From Thermoproteota archaeon (GTDB taxonomy: Archaea; Korarchaeota; Korarchaeia; Korarchaeales; Korarchaeaceae): DNA of 64,000 bases. Below, piece by piece: positions 49,900-59,673 of this stretch. The stretch lies in NCBI GenBank assembly GCA_027492205.1, contig JAOZFN010000007.1, positions 219,278-283,277 on the forward strand, read 5' to 3'. Under the pieces are notes generated by a model. That model made no database searches. It saw only the letters and a list, made by a program, of their open reading frames with translations, and was not told the origin of the DNA. Position numbers and translations under genes: made by a program. Each line of letters starts with the position of its first letter. The stretch's first letter is position 1.

Positions 49900-50712
49900 T
49901 CAGCCTCCCATCCTGGACACGACGCCCCTCACGAGATCGTCGACCGCCCTCGAGATCTCCTCCGAGCACCTGTGCACCGGGCCGCCGGCCTCGATGGCCT
50001 CCTCCACCCTGGGGTCCATCGGGAACCTGGCCAGAACGGGGATGCCGAACTCCTCGGCCAGCCCGTCGACCCCTCCCTCGCCGAAGGGCTTCACAACCCC
50101 TCCCCCTGGGCAGGGGACGTAGCTCATGTTCTCCACGAGGCCCAGCACCCTCACGCGCTCGTCTCTGAGGAGGCTCAAGAGCCTCCTCACGACCCTCCGC
50201 GCAACGAGGGATGGGGTGGCCACCACCAGGGCTCCAAACCCAGCCTCCCCCCTGCCCCTGGCGACCCTCAGGGCGGAGATGATCTCGTCTCCGGTTCCCG
50301 GTGGGAGGTCGACCACCAAGTAGTCGAGGCTGGGCCAGTTCGTGAGGGCCATCATGGTCACCACGAGCGACCTCTCGACCTCCCCGAGGGCTGGCAGGGG
50401 AGAGTCCCCCACGAGGAGGCTGACCGACATCAGGTGGATCCCCCGGGTCAAGGTGGGCTCGATGCCCTTCCTCCCAGCCACCACGGGCCCGCTGGCCCCC
50501 AGGATATGTGAAAGGGCTGACCCGTGGACGTCGACGTCCATCAGGCCAACCCTCTTTCCCTCGTCGACCAGCGCCAGGGCCAGGAGGGCAGAGATCAGGC
50601 TCTTTCCAACGCCGCCCTTGCCGGCTCCCACAAAGATCACGTTCTCCGCCCTTGAGAGCCTCCGGGCCGCCTCCTCCCGAATGAAGTCCGGGGCGCCCGG
50701 TGAGTCGCTCAT
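49900..50712 (-). CDS. Mrp/MinD-type ATPase, probable ATPase-type HypB
   Basis: GKGGVGKS, DVDVHG, DLPPGTGD, ENM; lacks the CxxC of ApbC/Nbp35; start overlaps the hypA stop. Confidence 0.8.
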   Translation of the reverse strand: MSDSPGAPDFIREEAARRLSRAENVIFVGAGKGGVGKSLISALLALALVDEGKRVGLMDVDVHGSALSHILGASGPVVAGRKGIEPTLTRGIHLMSVSLLVGDSPLPALGEVERSLVVTMMALTNWPSLDYLVVDLPPGTGDEIISALRVARGRGEAGFGALVVATPSLVARRVVRRLLSLLRDERVRVLGLVENMSYVPCPGGGVVKPFGEGGVDGLAEEFGIPVLARFPMDPRVEEAIEAGGPVHRCSEEISRAVDDLVRGVVSRMGG

Positions 50713-51146
50713 CTCTCCACCACCACCCTCTCCACCCTGAGGTCCCCGCCGCGCTCGAGGGTGAAGTCCCGACTGCCGCAGGCCGGACACCTGATCAGGG
50801 CCGTGGCCAGGCCGGGCATCAGGTGGAGTGGGCTCTCTAGCCCGCCGCCATCCTCGACGATCCTGGGGCCGCCGGAGTCCACCTGCCGCTCGGCCTCCTT
50901 AAAGTCCCAGACGTGGCCGCACGAGTTGCAGATGAACTTCGCCTCCTCCTCCCTCAATACGAGCTTGGAGCCTTCGAGGGGGGTCCCCTTGACCATGGAG
51001 GCGAAGGCCTGCTCGAATATCTCGGTGTCGAGCTCCATCAGCTCTCCGTAGGCCACATCCACTTCCACTATCCTCGAGATCCCCTCCCGCTCCGCGTACC
51101 TAGAGAGGGAGGTCACTAGGGCCTCGGCCAGCGACCACTCGTGCAT
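50709..51146 (-). CDS. hypA: Nickel chaperone HypA (long-loop archaeal type)
   Basis: MHEWSLA, CNSCGH..., CPACGSRDF. Confidence 0.93.
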   Translation of the reverse strand: MHEWSLAEALVTSLSRYAEREGISRIVEVDVAYGELMELDTEIFEQAFASMVKGTPLEGSKLVLREEEAKFICNSCGHVWDFKEAERQVDSGGPRIVEDGGGLESPLHLMPGLATALIRCPACGSRDFTLERGGDLRVERVVVER

Positions 51147-51205
51147 CTCGCCCATCGACCTCCGGATTGCTTCCGCCGCGTCGTTGGCTAAGGCCGGATC
51201 GGTCG

Positions 51206-51226
51206 AATAAAAAAAGAGGGGAGTGG
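51206..51226 (-). terminator. Oligo-T terminator after the hydrogenase structural operon
   Basis: Minus strand reads CCACTCCCCTCTTTTTTTATT directly after the NrfD gene stop. Confidence 0.5.
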
Positions 51227-52099
51227 TCAGATGGACTGGCCGAGGAAGACGACGACGTACCTCAGCGCGAGGCCGCCCAGAAGGGTCAGGAACGCCGACA
51301 AGAACAGCGTGGCAGATCCTCCGGTCTTCATCTCCAGCAGCGGCAGCACTATCTCGCCGAAGATCACTCCGGCGAGCAGGAAGACGAGGAGGAATATGAG
51401 GCCGTAGGGGTTGGACGCGCTGAGGAGGGCGGCTCGCGCCTCGGCCGGGAGCAGGGCCACGTAGGCCCCCGCTGCGGCTAGCTCCAGCACCCCGAGCACC
51501 GCCTCGTACATCGGGATCTTTTCGGCCAGCCCCGCGCCGTGCACCTCGCCGGTCCTCTCCACTATGACCGAGAAGAGGGCGTACCCCGTGGCCAGGGCCG
51601 AGGCCAGGAAGAGCGCCGGTAGGGCTGCCGAGGCCCACATGGAGTGCCTGGCGTACGTGAGCAGTATGCCGGTGTAGGCCCCCGTCATGAAGGCGAACAT
51701 GCCTCCCAAGATCCCTATTATCGTCTTCAGCCTGACGAGGAGGTTCCATAGGGGCTTCAGCAGCCTCTTCACTATCACGCCTGTGTGAGCGAGCCAGTAG
51801 GCAAGCGCGAGGACCATGAAGATCACTATCACCATGGATCCCCAGCTCATCGGCGACACTGGGTGGGGATGAAGCATGGTGTTGAAGGCCCTCTCGGGCC
51901 TCCCCAGGTCGAGTATCAGCATGCATATGCCCAGCGCTATTATGACCCAGGACCAGTAGGCCCCCCACTCGACGGTCCGCTTGAACCTCTTCCCGCCCAC
52001 GAAGTCCAGCCCAGCGGTGGCCGCGAAGAGGCCGGCGCTCAGCCCACCGAGGAAGAGGTACAGAGTTACGAGCCAGCCCCACACGAACACATCACTCAC
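51227..52099 (-). CDS. NrfD/HybB-like membrane anchor of hydrogenase
   Basis: WGWLVTLYLFLGGLSAG, DLGRPER, SPMSWG, YTGILL, LRY. Confidence 0.9.
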   Translation of the reverse strand: MSDVFVWGWLVTLYLFLGGLSAGLFAATAGLDFVGGKRFKRTVEWGAYWSWVIIALGICMLILDLGRPERAFNTMLHPHPVSPMSWGSMVIVIFMVLALAYWLAHTGVIVKRLLKPLWNLLVRLKTIIGILGGMFAFMTGAYTGILLTYARHSMWASAALPALFLASALATGYALFSVIVERTGEVHGAGLAEKIPMYEAVLGVLELAAAGAYVALLPAEARAALLSASNPYGLIFLLVFLLAGVIFGEIVLPLLEMKTGGSATLFLSAFLTLLGGLALRYVVVFLGQSI

Positions 52100-52979
52100 C
52101 TCCCTCGCCGCGCGCCTTGGCCTTGACGGCGCCCATCAGCGCCAGGCCTCCCACGGCAGCCAGCCCCAGCGCAATGGGCCCCCTGCTGACCGACGGGCGG
52201 TACCCCTCGGACGGCTCCGGGAACACTCCCTCCCTGACGGGATCGAAGCCCTTCGGGAAGATGTAGATGACGCCGAGCCCTCCGAACTCGTTGAGGCCGT
52301 AGATCCAGAGGTTCGGGTTCTCCGAGACGCGCCTTTGCGCCTCGGCGACCATCTCATCCCTGGTCCCGAACCTAAGGGCGTCGGCCGGGCAGACCTCGAC
52401 GCACGCCGGTATCTTGCCCTCCTGCACGAAGGCGTAGCAGCCGTCGCACTTCCTGCTGACGCCGTGAGGCGCCCAGTCCCCCCAGCTGGGCCCCTCGTTC
52501 TTCCTGGGCACGCCGTAGGGGCAGGCCTCAACGCAGTAGGCGCACCCAATGCACCTGCTCTGGTCTATGTAGACGAGGCCGTTCCACTTCCTGATGGCCT
52601 CCACGGGGCAGACCAGCTGGCACATGGCGTCGCCGCAGTGCATGCAGGAGTGCCTCACGAAGGGCGGAGTCTGGAGCTGACCCCCGGAGGGGGCTCTGGA
52701 TACGAAGACCCAGTTGACAGGGGACAGCTCCCTCTCCACCATCCCGCGGATCGGGAACCCGCGCCTCGTCTTGCAGGCCACGTGGCAGGCGTTGCACCCT
52801 ATGCAGGCGGCCGAGTCGTAGAGGATGGAGTACCTGACTCCCCCCTCTCCCGACGAGGTGGACCCTTTGACCTCCTTGGCCTTGAGGAGGGGGAGGGCCG
52901 CCGCTAGGGCGGCCGCGGCCTTGAGGAACGTCCTCCTGTTGGTGATCGGGGGACTCTCGCGCTCAGTCAAGTTCAACAC
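52092..52979 (-). CDS. HybA-like Tat-exported 4x[4Fe-4S] subunit
   Basis: NRRTFLK; CIGCNACHVAC, CMHC..C..VCP, CIGCAYCVEACP, KCDGC..PACVEVCP; C-terminal TM. Confidence 0.9.
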   Translation of the reverse strand: MLNLTERESPPITNRRTFLKAAAALAAALPLLKAKEVKGSTSSGEGGVRYSILYDSAACIGCNACHVACKTRRGFPIRGMVERELSPVNWVFVSRAPSGGQLQTPPFVRHSCMHCGDAMCQLVCPVEAIRKWNGLVYIDQSRCIGCAYCVEACPYGVPRKNEGPSWGDWAPHGVSRKCDGCYAFVQEGKIPACVEVCPADALRFGTRDEMVAEAQRRVSENPNLWIYGLNEFGGLGVIYIFPKGFDPVREGVFPEPSEGYRPSVSRGPIALGLAAVGGLALMGAVKAKARGEGGE

Positions 52980-53007
52980 ACCTCCCTGGTGTGGTGGACC
53001 CTCCCCC

Positions 53008-54798
53008 TCACCCGAGGGTGCACCCGATCGGGTTGTGGTCGACCTTCCTCAGCAGCCTCTTGCCCAAGTACAGGTGCACCGTGCAGGCGAGGCAGGGGTC
53101 GTAGCTCCTGACCACCCTCATCGGGTCGACTCCGACCCAGTTGTCGGGAGTGCCGTGGTCCTCAGTTACGGGCGTGTCCACTGCAGCCTCCTCCACGGGG
53201 CCATGGTCGCCGTCTGCGTCCATCGGGGAGATGTTCCAAGCGGTGGGCGTGATTATCTGGTACCTGTGTATCTTGCCGTTCTTGACCACTATCCAGTGTC
53301 CGAGGGCTCCCCTGGCGGCCTCGTTCATGCCCACTCCCATGGAGAACTCGGGCCTCTCGAACTCGGTCCAGACGCTGGTCTTGCCCTCGCCGAGGTACTT
53401 GATCATGTGGAGCACGTCGAGCAGGGCCGAGGCGGCGTAGTAGGCGTGGTTGTAAGCCCTGGCCTTGAGCCTCTCTATGGTGTTGATGTACGGCACGCCG
53501 CCGTAGCTCAGGTCGGGCACCCTCCACTCGAATTCCATAGCCTCCCAGAGGCTCGGCGGGAGCAGCTCGCTCTTGGTCTCAGGAAGGGAGATCGTGACCC
53601 GACCTCCGCCGGTGTGGATGGCGGAGTACGGGCTGTCGAAGTTGGTCAGGCCAGCCAGGGCTGAGACGTAGATCCTCGAGATGGGTCCTGCCTCGACGAC
53701 GTACTTCCTGCCGGACCTGTCGTACCACCTCGGAGCCGTGCCCCAGGAGTACTTGCCGTTCCAGTCCCTCTCTTGGGGCTTGGGTATCGTCTCCTTGTTC
53801 CACGGGTGCCTCGCGTCAAGCGGGTTGCCCTCGGGATCTTTGTCGAACTCCTGGGACCACTCCTCGTAGTAGCTGTGGGTTACGAACTGCCTGACGCCCA
53901 GGTTGATCTCCTTGAGGTCGTGGGTCACGAGCTCGCCGTGGTAGACCACGCCGGGCGGAAACATCTTCTTGTCGCCCCACTTGGACATGTTCTCGTACTT
54001 CCCGTCGTACTCTTCCGGGTCCTCGATGGTGCCGTAGGCTATCATGTTCGCGGGCCTGGCGCCGGCCCACTCGTAGCCGACCTCGTAGAGGAACCGGGCT
54101 ATGTCGTCCCAGACCCTGACGACCAGCTTGGAGAAGCCCGCGAGCGCCATGACCATGCTGAGGGCCTTGGTGGCCTCGTTGGCCGTCCAGGTCCTCGCCA
54201 CGCCGCCCGGGACGAACGTGTTGACGTGTGGGTGCTTGGCCCCCAGCAGGGAGGCGAGCTTCCTGGCGTGCCTCTCCATCTTCAGCGTGTACAGGTAGAT
54301 GTCGCCCTCGAACGGGTTGAGGGCGGCCATCAGCTCCGCCATGGTGCTCTTGCCGTGCACGTCCCGGTGCTCGCACGTGAAGTCCTTGGCGGCCTCCCAC
54401 CAGGCCCTGTTGAACTTGGACACTATCGCCGCGCTGTACTCGGGTCCGGCCAGCTGGAACAGGTGGATCGGGTGATCGTACAGGATCTCGGCGGCGTCGG
54501 TCAGGTTCCTCAGGACTATCGCGAGCGGGGGTGGGCTGGCTCCGAGGGCCATGTCCTCGGCCATCGCGGCGGCGTAGGCGTGGGGGACGGGGCAGACCCC
54601 GCAGATCCTCTGGTTGATGAATATGGCGTCCGGCGGGTCCCTGCCCTTCAGTATGATCTCGAACCCCCTGAACATGGTGGCGTAGCTGTGGGCCTCCACA
54701 ACCTTCCGGGAGTCGGAGTCCATCACCGCGTGGATGGCCATGTGGCCCTCAATCCTGGTGATCGGGTCCAGGATTACCTCGATCTTCCCCATGACCAC
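53008..54798 (-). CDS. [NiFe]-hydrogenase large subunit (group 1, 1g/1h-like)
   Basis: DPITRIEGH, L1 QRICGVCPVPH, L2 RSYDPCLACTVH followed by a cleavable 21-aa tail. Confidence 0.96.
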   Translation of the reverse strand: MVMGKIEVILDPITRIEGHMAIHAVMDSDSRKVVEAHSYATMFRGFEIILKGRDPPDAIFINQRICGVCPVPHAYAAAMAEDMALGASPPPLAIVLRNLTDAAEILYDHPIHLFQLAGPEYSAAIVSKFNRAWWEAAKDFTCEHRDVHGKSTMAELMAALNPFEGDIYLYTLKMERHARKLASLLGAKHPHVNTFVPGGVARTWTANEATKALSMVMALAGFSKLVVRVWDDIARFLYEVGYEWAGARPANMIAYGTIEDPEEYDGKYENMSKWGDKKMFPPGVVYHGELVTHDLKEINLGVRQFVTHSYYEEWSQEFDKDPEGNPLDARHPWNKETIPKPQERDWNGKYSWGTAPRWYDRSGRKYVVEAGPISRIYVSALAGLTNFDSPYSAIHTGGGRVTISLPETKSELLPPSLWEAMEFEWRVPDLSYGGVPYINTIERLKARAYNHAYYAASALLDVLHMIKYLGEGKTSVWTEFERPEFSMGVGMNEAARGALGHWIVVKNGKIHRYQIITPTAWNISPMDADGDHGPVEEAAVDTPVTEDHGTPDNWVGVDPMRVVRSYDPCLACTVHLYLGKRLLRKVDHNPIGCTLG

Positions 54799-54805
54799 TC
54801 ACCCC

Positions 54806-56017
54806 TCACTCCGAGGTCTCGCCCTCCCCCGAGGAGCCCTTCTTGGTGGCGGCGTAGACGAGGCTCCCTGCGGCTATCGCCCCGACGACAGCTCCGGCCA
54901 CGGCGGCTCCCTTGGAGGCCGGGGCGGCCACGGGAGTGGGAGTCTCAGGAGGCAGCAGGAAGGTCGGCAACTCCTTCAGGAAGGGCGCCAGGGGCTCGTC
55001 CGGGAAGTCGGGCTCTGTGCATCCTATGCACGGGGATCCATACTCGGTGCACATGCCGACGCCCTCCACATAACCCGTCTTGTTGAGCGGGCAGTGGACT
55101 ATCGGCCCCTTGCAGCCTAGGGCGTACATGCAGAACGGGGCGCCGTACTCCTTGGAGAACTCTCCAAGGCCGAAGTACACTCCCCTGGAGCATGTCTCGT
55201 GGACGGTCTCTCCGTACAGGAAGGTTGGCCTGTTGAACTCGTCCAGCTCAGGCGGCGGGAGGAGGCCCTTCACCGTCAGGAGGAGGTGGGCTATGGTCTT
55301 CACCTGCCAGTCTCCCGCCGCGGGGCAGCCCGGGACGTTTATGACCGGCAAGCCCAGGGCGCTCTTCCAGTCCCTCCCCAAGACGTCGTAGACCCCCCTG
55401 GACCCGGTCGGGTTGGGGGTTCCCGCGGGGATGCCGCCGTAGGTCGCGCAGGTTCCTATGGCGACGACCGCGGCCGCCCTCTGGGCCAGCTTCTTCAGCC
55501 AGTCCTCGAAGTAGTACTCCTCTCCATCCTTCTCGCCGACCGTGCAGAAGAACCCTCCGGCAGCCTTGGCCTGATCCTCCGTGGGGACGGACCCCTCCAC
55601 TATGAGAACGAAGGGATCATACGCTCCCCGTGCGGCTTCCTCCAGTATCCGGTTGGCGTCCCACGCCTGAGCGGTGGGCCCCTCGGGGCCCTCGAGGTGG
55701 TCGACACCCCACTGGGCCATCAGGGTGGGGTGATAGTTGAGCTCGACCGGCGGGACCCCCTTGACCTGGCCTATCAGGACATCCACGATGCTGGGCTCCA
55801 CCGCATTGAGCAGGGCGACGCTATCTCCGCTGCACGTCTGGCCCTGGATCCAGATCACGTGTATTGGCTGTTCCTGGCCCTGCAGAATCCTCTCAACGAG
55901 TTTAGAAGCCTTTCTGACGGTCGCGTTAGCCTCAGCCGTCTTGGACATGGCCAAGATGGCGGCATACATCAAGGAGGTCGTCAGGAACTTCCTCCTGTTG
56001 AGTTCCAACGGGGTCAC
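54806..56017 (-). CDS. [NiFe]-hydrogenase small subunit, Tat signal and C-terminal TM
   Basis: NRRKFL; CSGDS, GTCATYGGI, PGCP, HETCSR, C..LGCKGP..HC, GMC....PCIGC. Confidence 0.95.
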   Translation of the reverse strand: MTPLELNRRKFLTTSLMYAAILAMSKTAEANATVRKASKLVERILQGQEQPIHVIWIQGQTCSGDSVALLNAVEPSIVDVLIGQVKGVPPVELNYHPTLMAQWGVDHLEGPEGPTAQAWDANRILEEAARGAYDPFVLIVEGSVPTEDQAKAAGGFFCTVGEKDGEEYYFEDWLKKLAQRAAAVVAIGTCATYGGIPAGTPNPTGSRGVYDVLGRDWKSALGLPVINVPGCPAAGDWQVKTIAHLLLTVKGLLPPPELDEFNRPTFLYGETVHETCSRGVYFGLGEFSKEYGAPFCMYALGCKGPIVHCPLNKTGYVEGVGMCTEYGSPCIGCTEPDFPDEPLAPFLKELPTFLLPPETPTPVAAPASKGAAVAGAVVGAIAAGSLVYAATKKGSSGEGETSE

Positions 56018-56068
56018 CTCCTATCTAGGGGTTAACAGTTGTCGACTTGACAACATATAAATTGGTCT

Positions 56069-56098
56069 GGTGTTACATTCATCCAAATTTGGTGTTAC
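56069..56098. promoter_or_regulatory. GGTGTTAC-N14-GGTGTTAC direct repeat, probable NikR-type operator (hydrogenase promoter)
   Basis: Half-sites 56069-76 and 56091-98, just upstream of a minus-strand TTTATATG box at 56054-61. Confidence 0.7.
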
Positions 56099-56264
56099 CA
56101 AACCGTTTCTCGTATTGCGATTGTTCTACTAAAAAAGATTCTATCTAATCTATTGTAATTTTTATATTTGAAGGATCTTACAACTGTAAAAGGTTAGAGA
56201 AGGGCCCGCCCGGGACAGCCCACCAGATCTCCATCGATGTGTCAATGATTTGAACTCATTCGAG

Positions 56265-56759
56265 TCAGGAGTCCGCTCCCTCGGTGAGTTCCGCCACAAG
56301 CCGCTTTATCGACTCTATAGCCTTTGGAAGGGACTCTCGTGCAGTTTCAGACAAATCCAAGCTCAGCTCCACCCGGGCAGGGTGAACACCGACCAAGAAG
56401 ACCCTCTTGGGAAGGATCCCCAGCTCCTTGGCCATCGAAAGGACTGAGTCAAGGTCCGCCTCGTGGTAGCTTAGAGTCATCATGCTGGCCGCCTCGGCCT
56501 TATCGACGCCAGCCAGATCCTCGGGCGTGATCCTGAGGACCCTGACCTCTCCGGGCTCTCCGCCCAGGTCTAACGCGTCTATCACTATGAGGGCGTCGTA
56601 CTCAGGCAGATCGTGAAGGAGGCTCATGAGGGAGGTGCCGTAGTCGACGGCGTCTACCCCATCAGGCAGCCTCCCGTTGTTTAGTTCCTCGATGATCGCC
56701 GGTCCTATGCCGTCATCGCCCATGAGCCTGTCTCCCACGCCAGCGACGAGGATCTTCAT
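56265..56759 (-). CDS. Hydrogenase maturation endopeptidase (HybD/HycI family)
   Basis: MKILVAGVGDRLMGDDGIG, DYGT, IDA, HE; ATG 56759. Confidence 0.92.
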   Translation of the reverse strand: MKILVAGVGDRLMGDDGIGPAIIEELNNGRLPDGVDAVDYGTSLMSLLHDLPEYDALIVIDALDLGGEPGEVRVLRITPEDLAGVDKAEAASMMTLSYHEADLDSVLSMAKELGILPKRVFLVGVHPARVELSLDLSETARESLPKAIESIKRLVAELTEGADS

Positions 56760-56846
56760 GTCCTCCTGAACCCACCGAGTCCCGCTGAAAAGCTTGCCCC
56801 GCGCGACGGCGAGGTTATCAATTCCACCATCACCCACCAGGCCGCG

Positions 56847-58025
56847 ATGGCCGAGGATCGGGGAGATCTCGCAGAGCTCGTTCAGAAATTCAGGAAGAGA
56901 GATCTGGCCGACAGGATAGCCTCGGCGATATCCAAGGCCGCCGACGGCATCTCGGAGACGGTCAAGATCATGGACTTCTGCGGCACCCACGAATGGACGA
57001 TCACCCACTACGGCCTGAGGTCCCTCATGCCCCCGAACGTCGAGCTGGTCGCTGGCCCCGGCTGCCCGGTCTGCATAACCCCGGGCTACTACGTGGAGGC
57101 TGCGGTTAGGCTGGCAATGGACGGGGTGCGGGTCTTCACCTACGGAGACTCGTACCGGCTCCAGGGACCCCCGAGGACGGACCTCCCCAAGAGCCTCGAG
57201 GAGGCCAAGCTGCGGGGCGGGAAGGTGGAGGTGGTGTACAGCGTGCTGGACGCGGTCAGGATAGCCCGAGAGGATGGCGAGGAATCCGTGTTCCTGGCGG
57301 TCGGGTTCGAGACCACCGCGCCGGCGACTCTCGTGCCGATACGGTCCGGAGACGCTCCGGACAGCCTGAGGTTCATCAACGTGCACAGGCTGACCCCGCC
57401 GATAACGAGATACGTGCTCGAGACGCACCCCGAGGCTCCGATAAGGGGTATAATAGCGCCGGGGCACGTGTCCGCCATCACGGGGGCGAAGGCCTGGGCG
57501 TTCATACCGGAGGAGTACGGGATCCCCACCGTGGTCGCCGGCTTTGAGCCGATAGACGTCCTCTTAGCTATCTTAGAGATCTTGAGGCAGATCAAGAAGG
57601 GAGAGGCCAGTCTGGTCAACGAGTACTCGAGGGTGGTGAGCTGGGAGGGGAACCTCGAGGCCCAGAAGCTCATGGGGGAGACGTGTGACGTGGTGGACGC
57701 CGGCTGGAGGGGGATAGGGTTCGTCCCGGACAGCGGCCTGGCCTTCAAGGGCGAGTTTCGAAGGTACGACGCGCTTGAGGCCTACGGGATACCGGAGCTC
57801 ACGCCGGAGGCGTGGGAGAGGGACCTCCCCCCGGGCTGCAGGTGCGCCGAGGTCACCCTCGGCATGGCGAGGCCCACAGACTGCTCCATGTTCCTCAGGG
57901 CGTGCACCCCGGAGAGCCCCTACGGACCGTGCATGGTGTCATCTGAGGGGACCTGCGCCATATGGGCGAAGTTCGGCGGAGGGGGGCTTGCGGAAGAAGT
58001 TGGCAGGGAACTCGGGGTCATCTGA
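56847..58025 (+). CDS. hypD: Hydrogenase maturation protein HypD
   Basis: CGTHE, GPGCPVC, GFETT, PGHVS, GPCMVSSEGTC. Confidence 0.97.
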   Translation: MAEDRGDLAELVQKFRKRDLADRIASAISKAADGISETVKIMDFCGTHEWTITHYGLRSLMPPNVELVAGPGCPVCITPGYYVEAAVRLAMDGVRVFTYGDSYRLQGPPRTDLPKSLEEAKLRGGKVEVVYSVLDAVRIAREDGEESVFLAVGFETTAPATLVPIRSGDAPDSLRFINVHRLTPPITRYVLETHPEAPIRGIIAPGHVSAITGAKAWAFIPEEYGIPTVVAGFEPIDVLLAILEILRQIKKGEASLVNEYSRVVSWEGNLEAQKLMGETCDVVDAGWRGIGFVPDSGLAFKGEFRRYDALEAYGIPELTPEAWERDLPPGCRCAEVTLGMARPTDCSMFLRACTPESPYGPCMVSSEGTCAIWAKFGGGGLAEEVGRELGVI

Positions 58026-58084
58026 TTGATCCCGGCGATCCAGGTTTGCGGGCCTAGTCCACCGCCCAGCGTTGGCGGGGGAAC

Positions 58085-58921
58085 TCAGCCGCGGTGAGGC
58101 CGTCCGCTGAGACGCCTGAGGAGTTCCTGGGTGAGTTCACCCAGCCTCACCGGCGCCCTACCGGGAGAGTGGGGGAACAGGGCCCTGAACACTCTAACGG
58201 CCGTGGGGGGCTCCACTCCAACGGATTCTAGCTCATCACCATCAGAGAGGACCTCTTCAGGCCGACCTGAGGAACGGATGCGTCCCTCCACCATCAGATA
58301 CACCCTGTCGGCGAACTCGGCCGCCAAGTCTGAACTCTGCGTGGCCACGACCACGATCTTCTTCCTCAGCCTGGCGTCTAGAAGGATCCCCTCCAGAGCC
58401 CGGCGGCCCTCTAGATCCAGAGAGGCCGTGGGTTCGTCCAAGAGGATTATCATAGGATCGTGAGCCAGCAGTCCGGCGAGGGCGACCCTGGCCGCCTGGC
58501 CGCTGCTCAGGCGGTGCGGAGACCGCCGAGCGAGGTGGGAGATCCCCAGGGCCGACAGGGCAGACTCAACCCGAGACCTCAGCTCCTCGCCCCTCAGGCC
58601 AAGCTGACTCGGGCCCAGCGCCACATCCTCCCAAACGGTGGGCGCCAGGAGCTGATCCCTCGGGTTCTGAAAGAGCACCCCACAGATCCTTCTGTACCCG
58701 TCTCGGAGGGCCGAAATGGGCCTGCCGCCGAGCAGGACCTCTCCAGATGTCGGCTCCAGCAGATCGGCTAGGACCATCAGCAGCGTGGTCTTGCCCGAGC
58801 CGTTGGGTCCCAGGACGGCCACGATCTCCCCCGGACCCGCCCTGATGGTCACGCCATCTAGAGCGGCGGTGCCGTCGGGGTAGCGGAAGGACACCTCCCG
58901 CGCCTCCAGCCAGGGGGTCAA
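58085..58921 (-). CDS. cbiO: ECF Ni/Co transporter ATPase (NikO/CbiO)
   Basis: GPNGSGKTT, FQNPRDQL..PTVWEDVA.GP, LSSGQ, LLDEPT. Confidence 0.9.
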   Translation of the reverse strand: MTPWLEAREVSFRYPDGTAALDGVTIRAGPGEIVAVLGPNGSGKTTLLMVLADLLEPTSGEVLLGGRPISALRDGYRRICGVLFQNPRDQLLAPTVWEDVALGPSQLGLRGEELRSRVESALSALGISHLARRSPHRLSSGQAARVALAGLLAHDPMIILLDEPTASLDLEGRRALEGILLDARLRKKIVVVATQSSDLAAEFADRVYLMVEGRIRSSGRPEEVLSDGDELESVGVEPPTAVRVFRALFPHSPGRAPVRLGELTQELLRRLSGRPHRG

Positions 58922-59673
58922 GTCGAAAACACCTCTATAAGGAGCGCAAACAGGCACCCGGCCGGGATCAGGATAAACGAAGCGGTCGACTGGCCATCTC
59001 CGCGACTCGCCGGTCGACCGGTCCAGATCCTAGACCTGACCACAGCTCTTAGGCTCAGCGCCCGAGGGGGGCCTCTGACGAACAGCTCCGACGCGGCGAG
59101 GGACAGCAGACCGTACTCACCCCTGAGGGTTGGGCGGGACAGAATCCTGGACCTCTTGGCGGCCACGAGGCTGCTCAGCTCACCGAGCGTGGATGAGATC
59201 TGCGCTATCAGCAGGGCAATCGCCTCGCAGAACTCGCTCGGCGCCCCAAGCTCCCTCATTCCCTGCAGGATCCTGGCAGACCCCGCGAGGGCCACGCAGG
59301 TCATGAGGAGGAGCACCCCCGCGGCGACCCTCAGGGACGCCGCCGCGGCCTCGTGAGCCGCGCCGCACCCCTCCACGACGACCTTGGGCGCCATGATCGC
59401 CAGCGTAAACGCCAGCCAGAAGGCTCCGGCCGAGAGGATCCTCCTGCCGCCCTTGAGCCCAAGAACCGCCATCGCCGCCGTCGACAGGGCGATTCCCGAT
59501 ATCGGCGGGAGGAGCGTGCGGCTGAATGAGACCGAACTCACGGCGGCGACCGTCCCGAGCGCGGCCACCCTCGGGTCGACCTCCAGCGCGCCCGGGGCCC
59601 CCTCCAGGGCCGCCGCCCACTCCCCGATCGCCGACGCGAGACCGCGGAGTGGGGAGTACAGCCTCGATCTCAC
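58918..59673 (-). CDS. cbiQ: ECF Ni/Co transporter T component (NikQ/CbiQ)
   Basis: VDPRV, A.RSR and V.SR motifs, TM segments; position in operon. Confidence 0.75.
   Translation of the reverse strand: MRSRLYSPLRGLASAIGEWAAALEGAPGALEVDPRVAALGTVAAVSSVSFSRTLLPPISGIALSTAAMAVLGLKGGRRILSAGAFWLAFTLAIMAPKVVVEGCGAAHEAAAASLRVAAGVLLLMTCVALAGSARILQGMRELGAPSEFCEAIALLIAQISSTLGELSSLVAAKRSRILSRPTLRGEYGLLSLAASELFVRGPPRALSLRAVVRSRIWTGRPASRGDGQSTASFILIPAGCLFALLIEVFST

Noticed and set aside
43740-54798. Selenocysteine in FDH or hydrogenase
   Set aside because: Both active sites use Cys codons (ARRCH; DPCLAC) and neither gene has an in-frame TGA
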